A stretch of DNA of 64,000 nucleotides, from assembly GCA_026936335.1 (NCBI GenBank), contig JAPMXV010000012.1:186001-250000 (forward strand). The letters are read 5' to 3'. Below the pieces are notes generated by a model. That model was given only the letters and a program-made list of their open reading frames with translations, did no database searches and was not told the DNA's origin. Within the stretch, counting starts at the first letter, position 1; every line of letters begins with the position of its first letter. The DNA is from Mantamonas sphyraenae STR306. Taxonomy: Eukaryota > Protista > CRuMs. Made by a program: the position numbers and the translations under genes. Below, piece by piece: positions 1-10,065 of the stretch.

Positions 1-1275
1 ATGGCATTCCATTCAGTCATGCACGAGGCGAGCGGACGGGTGCTGATCTGCTTCAGCCCGATCCCTGTGCTGGGTCTGGGCGCACAGATGAACACACACA
101 CGGTGGATGCGTGGCTGGACGAGTTGGAACTGGCCACAGAGTTGCTGAATGCCACGTGGCTGCACGTGCCGATGATGCGTGCGTACTTTGGCTTGCAAGG
201 GGAGGTGCAGATGCGCATCCCGGACTATCTCAACGGCAACGAGTTGCCGGAGGAGGATGAGGAAGATGAGGAGGACGAGGAGATGGAAACGGAGACCAGC
301 ACACAGGAGGAAGAGGAGGTGAACACACACGACGAGCTGCCGCCGGCGGAAGACAGCGAGTCGCGTGCGCGAAGAGTGCGTGCGGCCGTGGAGACGGTGA
401 CTCCTTTGGTGGAGGACACCGCACTGGTGGACGATGGCTTTGAGTGGGTGGAGGTTCCTCGCATGTGTTTGGCATCGTTCCGTCTGGTGCCGTCGTATCT
501 GCGCGACGACGACGACGACCACGAGGTGGAAGGGGAGCAGGTAGACGGAGGGAGGGGCAAGAGCAGCAATGGCATGCAGACAGGCAATGAGGAAGCGCAG
601 CAGACGACGATGAAACGCAGCAGCAGCAGGACAGGCAAGCAGCGACGCAAGAGCAGCGCGAGCAAGGAGCTGGACACTGTGAACGAGATGCTTGCAGCGG
701 CGTTGGGTGCAAAGGAGCCGCTGTGTGTGATGGACCGCAGCGTGGATGGCAACGTGTGTGTGGTTGTGGAAAGTGATAAGGACGAGGTGTGGGCCATCGA
801 CAGGGTGCGCACGCTTGTGGGGTTGTTGCGACAGGAGGCCGAGGGATTGGAGCTGACGCAGCGCATCTTTGAGGACCTGAGCGACGTGTTGGTCAAGTCG
901 ATCCAGGAGGCAAAGAAGGAGCTGGCGGAGGAGAAGCTGCAGAAGCAGATGAGCAACCCAGTGTCGATGGTGCCGCTTGTGGGCCCCATGCTGTCTTGGT
1001 TGACCACAGGCAAGGATGACAAGCAGCCAACCACCCTGGCTGGACGCACCTTTGACATCCGCAGCAAGAGCCTGGGACGCAGTGCACCCAAGCGCAGGGT
1101 GTTGCCCACAGTTCCCGAGAACGTGGCAACGAGCAGCAGCAGTGGCAGTAGCAGTAGCAGTGTGGGCATTCCAGACTCGCCAGTGCCGAAACTGATGGTC
1201 AGTGTGCACGAAAGTGACGACGAGACGGATGAGGTGACGGCAGCGCCGTTGGAGGATCAGCCTGCAGCCGAATGA
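1..1275 (+). CDS. PDXDC1: PDXDC1-like (pyridoxal-dependent decarboxylase domain protein), C-terminal part; 5' end lies outside the window
   Basis: IQEAKKEL...MVPLVGPMLSWL...GRTFDIRSKSL resembles the PDXDC1 C-terminal block (IQEAQ.EL...IPVVGSVLNWF...GRTFNL). The ORF is open at the window edge. Confidence 0.65.
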   Translation: MAFHSVMHEASGRVLICFSPIPVLGLGAQMNTHTVDAWLDELELATELLNATWLHVPMMRAYFGLQGEVQMRIPDYLNGNELPEEDEEDEEDEEMETETSTQEEEEVNTHDELPPAEDSESRARRVRAAVETVTPLVEDTALVDDGFEWVEVPRMCLASFRLVPSYLRDDDDDHEVEGEQVDGGRGKSSNGMQTGNEEAQQTTMKRSSSRTGKQRRKSSASKELDTVNEMLAAALGAKEPLCVMDRSVDGNVCVVVESDKDEVWAIDRVRTLVGLLRQEAEGLELTQRIFEDLSDVLVKSIQEAKKELAEEKLQKQMSNPVSMVPLVGPMLSWLTTGKDDKQPTTLAGRTFDIRSKSLGRSAPKRRVLPTVPENVATSSSSGSSSSSVGIPDSPVPKLMVSVHESDDETDEVTAAPLEDQPAAE

Positions 1276-1327
1276 CGATGATGATGATCAGCATTAGCAC
1301 AAGAAGAATGAAAAGGACAATGCACAT

Positions 1328-3286
1328 TCATTTGGCATTGGTGGCAACGTCCAGGATGCCGTGTTGGAACGCAAGAGACTCGATGCAATGTTCGTTCAGG
1401 CGAGTGCGAGCGTGCATGGGATCCGTGTGCTCGTTGTGGTCGTCGTCGTCGTTTCTGTTGCCATTTGCACCTGAGTTGCCCTCCTCGGCCTCTCGAAGGG
1501 TGGGATGGGCGTTGAAAAAGCTGGTGCGCTCTTCGGTGCGGCAGATGACCTCAAAGGTTTGGTTCTGGGCGTGTGGAAAGACGTGGGCGAGGAGGTGATG
1601 GACTGCATGGGGCATGAGGAAGCCCTGGAGCTCGAGGGCATAGACACGCTGGATGGGTGAGGATGAGAGGGCTGTGGGAGCAAAGGCACTGGTGCTGCTG
1701 GCCGTGTTTGTGCGTTTGAGCTCCGAATTGGAAACGATGGTTGCGCGGCGCATGCTTGCGTTTTCAAAGGCGTGGGGAGACCAAAGCATGGGCACATCCT
1801 GTTTGGGGTCATACTCCCAATTGAGGAGGAGATCAAAGAGTCCTGTGACCTGGTCGGTGCCGTGGAAGAAGCACATGGTGCGGCGCTTTGCGGTTTCGCC
1901 GCGCTTGCGTGTCTGTGGGATGACACGGCCGGTGGTGTTGGGTGCGGTGTCGTAGGCACGAAAGTGGACGCCGAGTTGGTTCTGCAGATGGTCTTGCATG
2001 TGGTACCCCATGCCCTGGGCATAGGCGGCAATGTGCGGATGAGCCCCTGCCCCTTCGGCGGTGACGAGGATCATCATGGAGTTGTGCTGCAGGTAGAAGT
2101 ATGGACATGTTCCCTGGCGTGTGGTGTTGCACAGGGAACGGAAGGCACCCTCCCATTCGCGCTGTCGCTGCTGGAAGAAGCGCAGGGCTGCGCTCTCGTG
2201 CACACTGTGCAGATGCGGCTGTTTGGCCACTATACGGTGGTGTTGCTGCAGCAAACCCGACGGGAGGGCGTTGCTAGGGAAGCACCATGACCACATGGCT
2301 TTGAGAAACTCGCGCTGCAGGTCTTGAAGAGGCACAGAGGCGGAGGACGAGGTCAAGGGTGTGGAGGTCAATCGTTCGCCGCGTACAAACTCGCTCATGG
2401 CAGTGCTTTCCACCTGCGAGTCGATGACTGAGCACCAATCCAACGGATGCACAGAGGTGATGCGCAACCACTTTTTGACACTCCAATCCCAAGGGACCGA
2501 GTCCCATTCGCGAACCGAGGAGGAGGAGGAGGAAGAGGAGGAGGAGGAGGAGGAGGATGATGTGGATGTGGATGTGCCGGGTGCTGTGGGATGGTCGTCG
2601 TCGGTGGTGAGAACGGTGGCGCGGGTGGTCTTTGTGGAGCTGAGGACGGAGTTGAGCTTGGCTTCGATCTCGCTTTCGCTGAGCAGCTTTTTCGGTTTGC
2701 TGTTGCGTCTGCGGCTGGCAGCAAGCATGTCTGCCACCGTGTCAGCATCCATGTCCTGTGTGCTTCGGTATTCGTCCAGCCTGCGCTTGCGGCTGTGCTC
2801 AGCCTCGTCGGTTGCCTGGAGAAGAGCTCGCTCGGCAGCCTCGTCCAGCTCGTCGTCGTCTTCGTCCTGCACAACATCCAACGGAGGTTGGCTGCCACTG
2901 TTGGCCATCATCTGTTGCAGGAGAGTGAGTGCAGGCGAGGCTGTGCGGCTGCGGCCCTGTTTGCGGGGCATGAACTTTTTGAAGCTCTTGCGGCTTTTGA
3001 TCACTCGCGTCTTTGCGTTCCTGCGTTGCTTTGCGCCGCCGCTGTTGGCGCTGCCGTCTTCCATGGGCGGACACGAGGACGAACGTTCAACACGCATGCG
3101 TTTGAAGCTGCCTTGTGAGAGGGAGAAGCCTCTGGCGACGACGACGTCGTCGTCCTGATCTTCCTCCTCGTCCTCCTCGTCCTCGGTGTCGCTGTCACGG
3201 CTCCGCTTGATCCGCGTGTGCGACGTGACCGACATCTGCTGCGAGGCAACAAAGACCTCCTGGCTGAGAGACTCGCCCGCAGACAT
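1328..3286 (-). CDS. DONSON: DONSON (downstream neighbour of SON) replisome/CMG assembly factor
   Basis: PWDWSVKKWLRITSVHPLDW, WEGAFRSL, CPYFYL and DVPMLWSPHAFENASM match DONSON motifs. Likely start is MSAGESLSQ at 3286; the longer ORF-track start would overlap the opposite-strand gene. Confidence 0.85.
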   Translation of the reverse strand: MSAGESLSQEVFVASQQMSVTSHTRIKRSRDSDTEDEEDEEEDQDDDVVVARGFSLSQGSFKRMRVERSSSCPPMEDGSANSGGAKQRRNAKTRVIKSRKSFKKFMPRKQGRSRTASPALTLLQQMMANSGSQPPLDVVQDEDDDELDEAAERALLQATDEAEHSRKRRLDEYRSTQDMDADTVADMLAASRRRNSKPKKLLSESEIEAKLNSVLSSTKTTRATVLTTDDDHPTAPGTSTSTSSSSSSSSSSSSSSSVREWDSVPWDWSVKKWLRITSVHPLDWCSVIDSQVESTAMSEFVRGERLTSTPLTSSSASVPLQDLQREFLKAMWSWCFPSNALPSGLLQQHHRIVAKQPHLHSVHESAALRFFQQRQREWEGAFRSLCNTTRQGTCPYFYLQHNSMMILVTAEGAGAHPHIAAYAQGMGYHMQDHLQNQLGVHFRAYDTAPNTTGRVIPQTRKRGETAKRRTMCFFHGTDQVTGLFDLLLNWEYDPKQDVPMLWSPHAFENASMRRATIVSNSELKRTNTASSTSAFAPTALSSSPIQRVYALELQGFLMPHAVHHLLAHVFPHAQNQTFEVICRTEERTSFFNAHPTLREAEEGNSGANGNRNDDDDHNEHTDPMHARTRLNEHCIESLAFQHGILDVATNAK

Positions 3287-3352
3287 GCGTGTTTCCGTTT
3301 CATCGTCCACGTGGAGTCGCTGCAGGCGCATCGGGAACCAAGCGAAGCGAAA
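3287..3352. promoter_or_regulatory. Putative 66-bp bidirectional promoter/5'UTR region between DONSON and the ferredoxin gene (second copy at 5841-5905)
   Basis: Head-to-head ATGs at 3286 (-) and 3353 (+). Promoter function is inferred from geometry only. Confidence 0.5.
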
Positions 3353-4126
3353 ATGTTTGCTCGAATTGCGAAGCACCCTCAGCCACACACTGTGGCCAAA
3401 ACCGCCTGTGCGGTGGTGGGCATGAACGATGCACGTGGGCTGCACACGCTGGGTGGAGCCGTGATGGAGAGCAGCACGAGAGAAGCAGGTGGAGCACGCG
3501 AGGTGTCGCTTGCCAACACGGCGCCGCAGGTGAGCCGCCACGTGTTGGTGCGCTGTGGACTTCCGCGTGAGGAATGGCCAGCAAAGCCGGAATTGGAAAT
3601 CGAAGCGGTGCGGCTGTTGAACGAGGCAGTGATGCGTGAGAACGGCAGCAGTGTCAAAGTGACGTGCACCTCGCAGGCGTCGAGCCACGAGGATGCTCTG
3701 GATCTGATTGTGTTGCCGGACATGGTGCAGGTGACCCAGGTGCACACGGAGCAGTATGACGACGTGGCTGCGTGGCTGGCTGGCGTGCGCGAGCAGCCGG
3801 AAAAAGTGTGCACGGAGCCGCTTGGGCAGGCCCAGGCACTGGTTGTGTGCACCCATGGCAACCGAGACAAACGCTGTGGCACCCAGGGTGTGCAGACGTA
3901 TGAGAAGCTTGTGGAAGAGGTGGATGGTGACGATGTGGTTGTGCTGGAGTCGACTCACGTTGGCGGCCACGCACACGCACCCAACGTCATCTGCTATCCT
4001 GCATCTCAGTGGCTGGGCAAGCTGGACATCGACTCTGTTGCACATGTGTGCAACTGCGTCCTTGCAGGCGATGCGCCGCCAACCGAGTTTGATCGTGGGG
4101 TGGCCAAGGCTCCCGCGAACGAGTGA
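3353..4126 (+). CDS. Sucrase/ferredoxin-like (Apd1/Aim32 family) thioredoxin-like [2Fe-2S] protein
   Basis: CTHGNRDKRC (C-x8-C) plus HVGGH and PNVICYP form the bis-His 2Fe-2S signature of this family. Confidence 0.85.
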   Translation: MFARIAKHPQPHTVAKTACAVVGMNDARGLHTLGGAVMESSTREAGGAREVSLANTAPQVSRHVLVRCGLPREEWPAKPELEIEAVRLLNEAVMRENGSSVKVTCTSQASSHEDALDLIVLPDMVQVTQVHTEQYDDVAAWLAGVREQPEKVCTEPLGQAQALVVCTHGNRDKRCGTQGVQTYEKLVEEVDGDDVVVLESTHVGGHAHAPNVICYPASQWLGKLDIDSVAHVCNCVLAGDAPPTEFDRGVAKAPANE

Positions 4127-4283
4127 GAGAGCGGAGGGATTCATTTGTGTGTGTGTGAGGAAGGGAGGGAGGGAGGGGTGGGGCGGGGAGGTGCCGGCTA
4201 CCAGAGACGCTTCTGGGTGAAGCTGAGCACGAGATAGAGTGCGAGAGAGGTACGCAGCCCCAACCAACTCAACCAACGCAACG

Positions 4284-5366
4284 ATGAGCACCGCTGACCA
4301 GTTTGAGCATCCATGCGCAGTGATAAGCAGCACTGTAGTGGCCGTGTGTGGCTACTACGACGAGGCTGACCCGGAGAATGAGGGAGAAGGCAAAAAGGCG
4401 GCTGGCATTGTCGGATCCGGATTTTTCTGGGGGCAACCCGAAGGGAAGTGTTACCTGATCTCGTGCGAGCATGTGTGGAGGAATCACACTCCCTATGGCT
4501 TTGAGCTCCACAACAAGGAGCTGGTCTGGCTGACGGCAGCACAGCGATACAAATCGGTCGAGGACGGAAAAGTTTTCGAGGACGAGGACGGACGAGTTTT
4601 CTCAGAAGCGGAACCTGGAGAGCAACCGGCCCTGTTCTACGACAAACACAATGATCTCATCGCAGTCGAGCTCACTGATGATCAGCGTGCAAAAGTACGA
4701 GGAAACGGCGCAAAGTATATCACCTTGAGCATGGTGGACGCAGAGACATTGGAGCTGTACGGCTCCTTTCCGGTTCTGTACTTGTTCGGCTTTCCGAACG
4801 GAAGCACCGCTTCCTCGGAAACAAGTTTACCCATCATTCGGACCGCACGTCCGTGTAGTACTGTATCCGCCTCCTCACTAAAGGGAGGTGGGAAGTACAA
4901 CGTCGCGTGTGCCCCCGGAGATTCTGGTGGACCGGTTTGTCTTCTACACATGCCTGCAGAATCATGGCTTCACGAGAAGAAGAACACAGTGAACATGGGG
5001 ATAACCCGGCCATTTTGTTTGCTTGGCATCCACACGGGTGGTGGTCTCGCTGACTACGCGTCAATGTCAAGCAGCACTGAAGCCATCGGAAACTTCTCTG
5101 GAGCAGCCGCATTGCTGTCCATAGGCGACTGGACACCGGTGAATGCATACGAAGAGGCGCAACCACAGGCACAAGGACAAGCGCAACCGCAGGCACAAGA
5201 AGTGGCACAAGAAGAGGCGCAACCACAGGCACAAGGACAAGCGCAACCGCAGGCACAAGAAGTGGCACAAGAAGAGGCGCAACCACAGGCACAAGGACAA
5301 GCGCAACCGCAGGCACAAGAAGTGGCACAAGAAGAGGCGCAACCACAGGCACAAGAGGACGCGTAA
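4284..5366 (+). CDS. Trypsin-like (PA clan) serine protease with C-terminal Q/A/E tandem repeat, no obvious signal peptide
   Basis: GSGFF, SCEHV (His), DLIAVEL (Asp), PGDSGGPV (Ser) and LLGIHTGG. Intronless, ends in TAA. Confidence 0.85.
   Translation: MSTADQFEHPCAVISSTVVAVCGYYDEADPENEGEGKKAAGIVGSGFFWGQPEGKCYLISCEHVWRNHTPYGFELHNKELVWLTAAQRYKSVEDGKVFEDEDGRVFSEAEPGEQPALFYDKHNDLIAVELTDDQRAKVRGNGAKYITLSMVDAETLELYGSFPVLYLFGFPNGSTASSETSLPIIRTARPCSTVSASSLKGGGKYNVACAPGDSGGPVCLLHMPAESWLHEKKNTVNMGITRPFCLLGIHTGGGLADYASMSSSTEAIGNFSGAAALLSIGDWTPVNAYEEAQPQAQGQAQPQAQEVAQEEAQPQAQGQAQPQAQEVAQEEAQPQAQGQAQPQAQEVAQEEAQPQAQEDA
5151..5355 (+). repeat. Perfect 60-bp tandem repeat, ~3.4 copies (EEAQPQAQGQAQPQAQEVAQ)
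   Basis: Sequence lines starting at 5161, 5221 and 5281 are identical. Confidence 0.98.
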
Positions 5367-5432
5367 GAAAGCGATCAAGAGAGTTGTGTGACCACGGGAG
5401 GCGCTTCTAGGGAACCCGAGCACAGAAAGACT

Positions 5433-5840
5433 CAACGGAGGTTGGCTGCCACTGTTGGCCATCATCTGTTGCAGGAGAGTGAGTGCAGGCGAGGCTGTGC
5501 GGCTGCGGCCCTGTTTGCGGGGCATGAACTTTTTGAAGCTCTTGCGGCTTTCGATCACTCGCGTCTTTGCGTTCCTGCGTTGCTTTGCGCCGCCGCTGTT
5601 GGCGCTGCCGTCTTCTATGGGCGGACACGAGGACGATCGTTCAACACGCATGCGTTTGAAGCTGCCTTGTGAGAGGGAGAAGCCTCTGGCGACGACGACG
5701 TCGTCGTCCTGATCTTCCTCCTCGTCCTCCTCGTCCTCGGTGTCGCTGTCACGGCTCCGCTTGATCCGCGTGTGCGACGTGACCGACATCTGCTGCGAGG
5801 CAACAAAGACCTCCTGGCTGAGAGACTCGCCCGCAGACAT
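5433..5840 (-). pseudogene. Truncated DONSON 5' fragment (136 codons); frame stays open to 5067 through the antisense of the protease repeat
   Basis: MSAGESLSQ...SQPPL is near-identical to the DONSON N-terminus, then diverges at the 5433 junction. Confidence 0.8.
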
Positions 5841-5905
5841 GCGTGTTTCCGTTTCATCGTCCACGCGGAGTCGTTGCAGGCGCATCGGGAACCAAGCGAA
5901 GCGAA

Positions 5906-6684
5906 ATGTTTGCTCGAATTGCGAAGCAGCACCCTCAGCCACACACTGTTGCCAAAACCGCCTGTGCGGTGGTGGGCATGAACGGTACACGTGGGCTGCA
6001 CACGCTGGGTGGAGCCGTGATGGAGAGCAGCACGAGAGAAGCAGGTGGAGCACGCGAGGTGTCGCTTGCCAACACGGCGCCGCAGGTGAGCCGCCACGTG
6101 TTGGTGCGCTGTGGACTTCCGCGTGAGGAATGGCCAGCAAAGCCGGAATTGGAAATCGAAGCGGTGCGGCTGTTGAACGAGGCAGTGATGCGTGAGAACG
6201 GCAGCAGTGTCAAAGTGACGTGCACCTCGCAGGCGTCGAGCCACGAGGATGCTCTGGATCTGATTGTGTTGCCGGACATGGTGCAGGTGACCCAGGTGCA
6301 CACGGAGCAGTATGACGACGTGGCTGCGTGGCTGGCTGGCGTGCGCGAGCAGCCGGAAAAAGTGTGCACGGAGCCGCTTGGGCAGGCCCAGGCACTGGTT
6401 GTGTGCACCCATGGCAACCGAGACAAACGCTGTGGCACCCAGGGTGTGTGCAGACGTATGAGAAGCTTGTGGAAGAGGTGGATGGTGACGATGTGGTTGT
6501 GCTGGAGTCGACTCACGTTAGCGGCCACGCACACGCACCCAACGTCATCTGCTATCCTGCATCTCAGTGGCTGGGCAAGCTGGACATCGACTCTGTTGCA
6601 CATGTGTGCAACTGCGTCCTTGCAGGCGATGCGCCGCCAGCCGAGTTTGATCGTGGGGTGGCCAAGGCTCCCGCGAACGAGTGA
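5906..6684 (+). pseudogene. Second copy of the Apd1/Aim32-like gene, disrupted
   Basis: +2 (TG) frameshift at ~6445-6450 and HVGGH changed to HVSGH. The frameshift could be an assembly error. Confidence 0.65.
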
Positions 6685-6755
6685 GAGAGCGGAGGGATTC
6701 ATTTGTGTGTGTGTGAGGAAGGGAGGGAGGGAGGGGTGGGGCGGGGAGGTGCCGG

Positions 6756-7287
6756 CTACCAGAGACGCTTCTGGGTGAAGCTGAGCACGAGATAGAGTGC
6801 GACTGCGATTGGCCAGCCCTCCCACGTCCTTTCGTGTTGACCCACGGAGGATGAGGAGGAAGACGACGAGCCAGCAGATGATGAGGATGAAGTATGATGA
6901 TGATGATGATGATGAGAACGTGTAGCACCGCCGCTATTGCTGTGTGTGGACGACGACGATGGAGCAAGGAGGGAGGCGTCTGCCACCGAGTTGCCCCAGA
7001 GCTTCTCCTGCGAGTCCAGAGACCGTGAGGCAGCCATGGCCTCCTGTTTAAGCACCTCGATGCGCTGCAGACGCAATTCGATGGCATTCTGCAATTCGAT
7101 GGCCGGTTCAAACTCGCCTGTGGCCATGCGTTCCCGTTCCTGCTGTTCGCGGTCCACCAGCGACTTGACTTCCGACACACGCATTGCCGTCTCCCTACTC
7201 TCGTCCTCCAGACGAGCCAGCATGGTGGTGATCTGCTCCAAAGAGGCCAGTGGCACACCCACACAAGCAGACGAGGAGGATGATGAT

Positions 7288-7319
<32 letters not shown>

Positions 7320-9317
7320 GGGGACAAAGGACGACGCCCACTCGCAGCTATCTTGAGCAAGGTAGAATTCGTCGCCGTCACTGTCGACCGTGCATGTGTC
7401 TGACAGTGTGTGTTGGGCCGCCTTGCGCTCGCTGTACAGGTCTGGGATGAGCTGGCCGGCAAATTTGGTGCGCCAGTCGGCCAGGCAGGCGTTGATCTTG
7501 GCCACACGGAGCGGTTGGTAGGAACTCAGCATGGAAATGAAGGAGGAGGAAATCCAGCCACAGAGGTTGATGTGTGTGACCATGGTGACTCTGCTGGCGT
7601 CGCTGTTGTCCGGCAGGGGCTGGATGACAAACCCGGAAAGCAACAGGTTGGCGCGCACGTAGTGGCTCTGCAGGGGCACGGTTTGGTCTTCGTTGGGCAC
7701 ACTCTGGGCGTAGATGACGTAAGTGCCATCATCCAACAGCACAAAGCCACTGTCAGCCACCACGTCGCGCGGATAAAAGGCCAGGCGGCCCAGGAAGTTG
7801 AGGTGCAGCAATTGGCGATCTTCCGCAAGCTGCTTCACCACAGATCCATGCGAAAACATCTGCCAGCAGAGCGGATGGGAGGCCAGAGGACGGCGTGTGA
7901 GTGTGGACACACGGTGGATGTCAAGTGAATGGGAGGGTGGGTGAGGGTGCACACAGATGCAGTGTGGCAGTGGGGTGTATGGGGGGTGGGGGGAAAGTGG
8001 CGGTGGGTGACGGGAGGACGTGAACGCACTCGATCCCACTCGACTCGTGCGCCAATGTCTTTGACATAGTGAAAGACCACATGGGCAGGGGCGTTGACAA
8101 TGCCCACACCACGCACACAGGGCGCCTCTATTGTTGTGTCGTCGTACTCGGAGGAGACGAGACGGGAGATTTCGACTGCGCGAGGGTGGTGGTGGTGGTG
8201 GTCAGCACGACGGGACAACAACAACAAAATGAACGGTGGGACTCACCTCCATTCTTGACATCCACCAGTTCCCACGCATTGTCGCTGTCGTTGCTGTTGG
8301 ACGCATCCCCATGTCCAGCAGCACTCAGCATGGCGTCTACCAGCTCCTCGCGGCTTCGCATCGTCGTGAGGATTGCCTTGCCTCCACCAGCGCACAGCAA
8401 CGCAGCGGTGAGAAGGGAAGGGGAGGAAGGAGGGGGGAAAGAGGGGAGGAGGAGGAGGAGGAGGAGGGGTGGAGTGGTGGGGAAGGCAAAAGGATTCGGA
8501 TTTGGCATCATGTCAACATCGACAGAAAGGGGGGATCATCCATCCATGTTGCATTTCATCACTTGTTGGTTGTCTTGTTGCCTGTGGTTGCCTTTTCGTC
8601 GGCATTGGAGAGGGCACTCTGGTTTGCGGGGGTGCTTGTGACGGAGCCGTTGCCCGGCGAGCTTGCGCCAGGCGTGGTGGGGTTGGCAGCCAGATCCAAT
8701 GAACGCATGGCCGAGGAGCCGGAAGAGGTGGATGAGAGGTTTGCGGCTCCTGCATCCTTGCTCGGGGTGCTTGCCCCCTCGTCGTCGGCGGCAGCAGCGG
8801 CGGCGCCACCCGTCCCGCCAAAGGCACGAGGTTGCCCTGCCTCTCGAGGCGTCTCACACATCCGACAGTACTCGTCGCTGGCTGAGTTGCCATAGGCACA
8901 GGCAAAACAAACCCAGCCGCCGGTGCCTTGGACGGGCGAGGCAAAGGAGGCCATGGAAGAGTCCATGGAGCCGTCGTCAAGGCCGGCGTACGGATTGTAC
9001 CCAAAGCCCGAAGCGCCGGCGCCTGCTGAGCCGCCCCCCATCCCAGAGAGGGCGCCACTGCCGTCCAAATCCCCACCTGCCATGAGCATCATGGAGTTGC
9101 TCTGTCGCTGTGGGTTCTTCATGCTCTGGATTTCCTCCCAGATGCGCACCCTGTGGCCCACACTCTTGACGCCGATTTCCTTCAGGTGCTCCTCGTTGAT
9201 GCGCAGAAGGATGTACTCGTCAATGTCATGTTCGTCAAACATCTCGCTGTATGCGCGTGCCTTGCTGTATGGGATGCCCACGCTGATGAAAAACTCGGTT
9301 GCATCCCACCCACTCAT
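6756..9317 (-). CDS. SAM + RanBP2-type zinc finger + START lipid-binding domain protein (about 3 introns)
   Basis: SAM: YSEMFDEHDIDEYILLRINEEHLKEIGVKSVGHRVRI. ZnF: WVCFACAYGN...CRMCETPR. START: RVEWD, YPRDVV, YVRANLLLSGFVIQP, HINLCGWI. Introns at ~7860-8029, ~8176-8246 and one starting at ~8562. Confidence 0.8.
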
Positions 9318-9522
9318 CGTTGCCAAGGGGGTTTGGGGGTTTGCGTTGCATCGATCGGTGACTGACCACGTGGGATGCAGGATAGGAACCCCCGGTGAGA
9401 TGATGGGTGGAGGAACAGACAGACAGAGAGAGAGAGAGTGTGTGTGTGTGTGGATGTGTGGATGTGTGGACGGGAAGGTGCGACGATGCACCCAACCCAA
9501 CAACACTTCCCACCTCACTCTC

Positions 9523-10065
9523 ATGTCGAGCACTGGAGAAACCTATCTGTTTGAACCATCGCTGCTGGCAAAGGCGCTGGCAGAGGATGAGTCGTTTACG
9601 GTGGACGAGGACGGTGTGGTGCACTTTGGAGACTTTGTGGTGAGACCACTGGCCCTGGGCGACTACAGCCGTGGGTTCCTGGACGTGCTGGCAGAGCTGA
9701 CGACGGTGGGTGAGGTCAGCGAGGAGACATTTGGGGCCCAGTTTGAACGCATGCAAAAGGTGGGTGGCTACTTCATTGTGGTGCTGGTGGACGAAAACGA
9801 CAAGGTGGCCGGGTCGGGCACGGTGGCCATGGAACAAAAGTTCATCCACGCCACCAGCTGCGTGGGCCACATCGAAGACATTGTGGTCAGCGAGAGCCAG
9901 CGAGGCAAGCATGCAGGCAAGGCCATCATCGAGGCACTCAAGGCCTTGGGCAAGCAGGCAGGTGCGTACAAGTTGATTCTCGACTGCGCGCAGCACAACG
10001 TCGCCTTCTACGAGAAGTGCGATTTCAAGGTCAAGGAGGTGCAGATGGTGTTGTACTATGAATGA
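9523..10065 (+). CDS. GNA1: Glucosamine-6-phosphate N-acetyltransferase
   Basis: VRPLALGDYSRGFLDVLAELT, EQKFIH, GHIEDIVV, YKLILDC and FYEKCDF are GNA1 motifs. Confidence 0.95.
   Translation: MSSTGETYLFEPSLLAKALAEDESFTVDEDGVVHFGDFVVRPLALGDYSRGFLDVLAELTTVGEVSEETFGAQFERMQKVGGYFIVVLVDENDKVAGSGTVAMEQKFIHATSCVGHIEDIVVSESQRGKHAGKAIIEALKALGKQAGAYKLILDCAQHNVAFYEKCDFKVKEVQMVLYYE

Larger units (their letters stand above)
2879..4244 (+). repeat. Segmental direct repeat, copy 1 (1366 bp)
   Basis: Matches 5433-6802 from caacggaggttggctgcc to gatagagtgcga, with about 10 substitutions and 3 indels (-1, +3, +2). Confidence 0.97.
5433..6802 (+). repeat. Segmental direct repeat, copy 2 (1370 bp)
   Basis: Near-identical to 2879-4244. 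Contains the DONSON 5' fragment, a ferredoxin copy and the last ~15 codons of the START gene. Confidence 0.97.

Noticed and set aside
3287-4333. 1001-aa DONSON with a long N-terminal extension
   Set aside because: The extension is the antisense of the ferredoxin gene and is frameshifted in the second copy.
2879-6802. LTR retrotransposon or composite transposon (long direct repeats plus a protease)
   Set aside because: The repeats are host genes without TG...CA ends, the protease is a serine rather than aspartic type, and there is no gag, RT, integrase or transposase.
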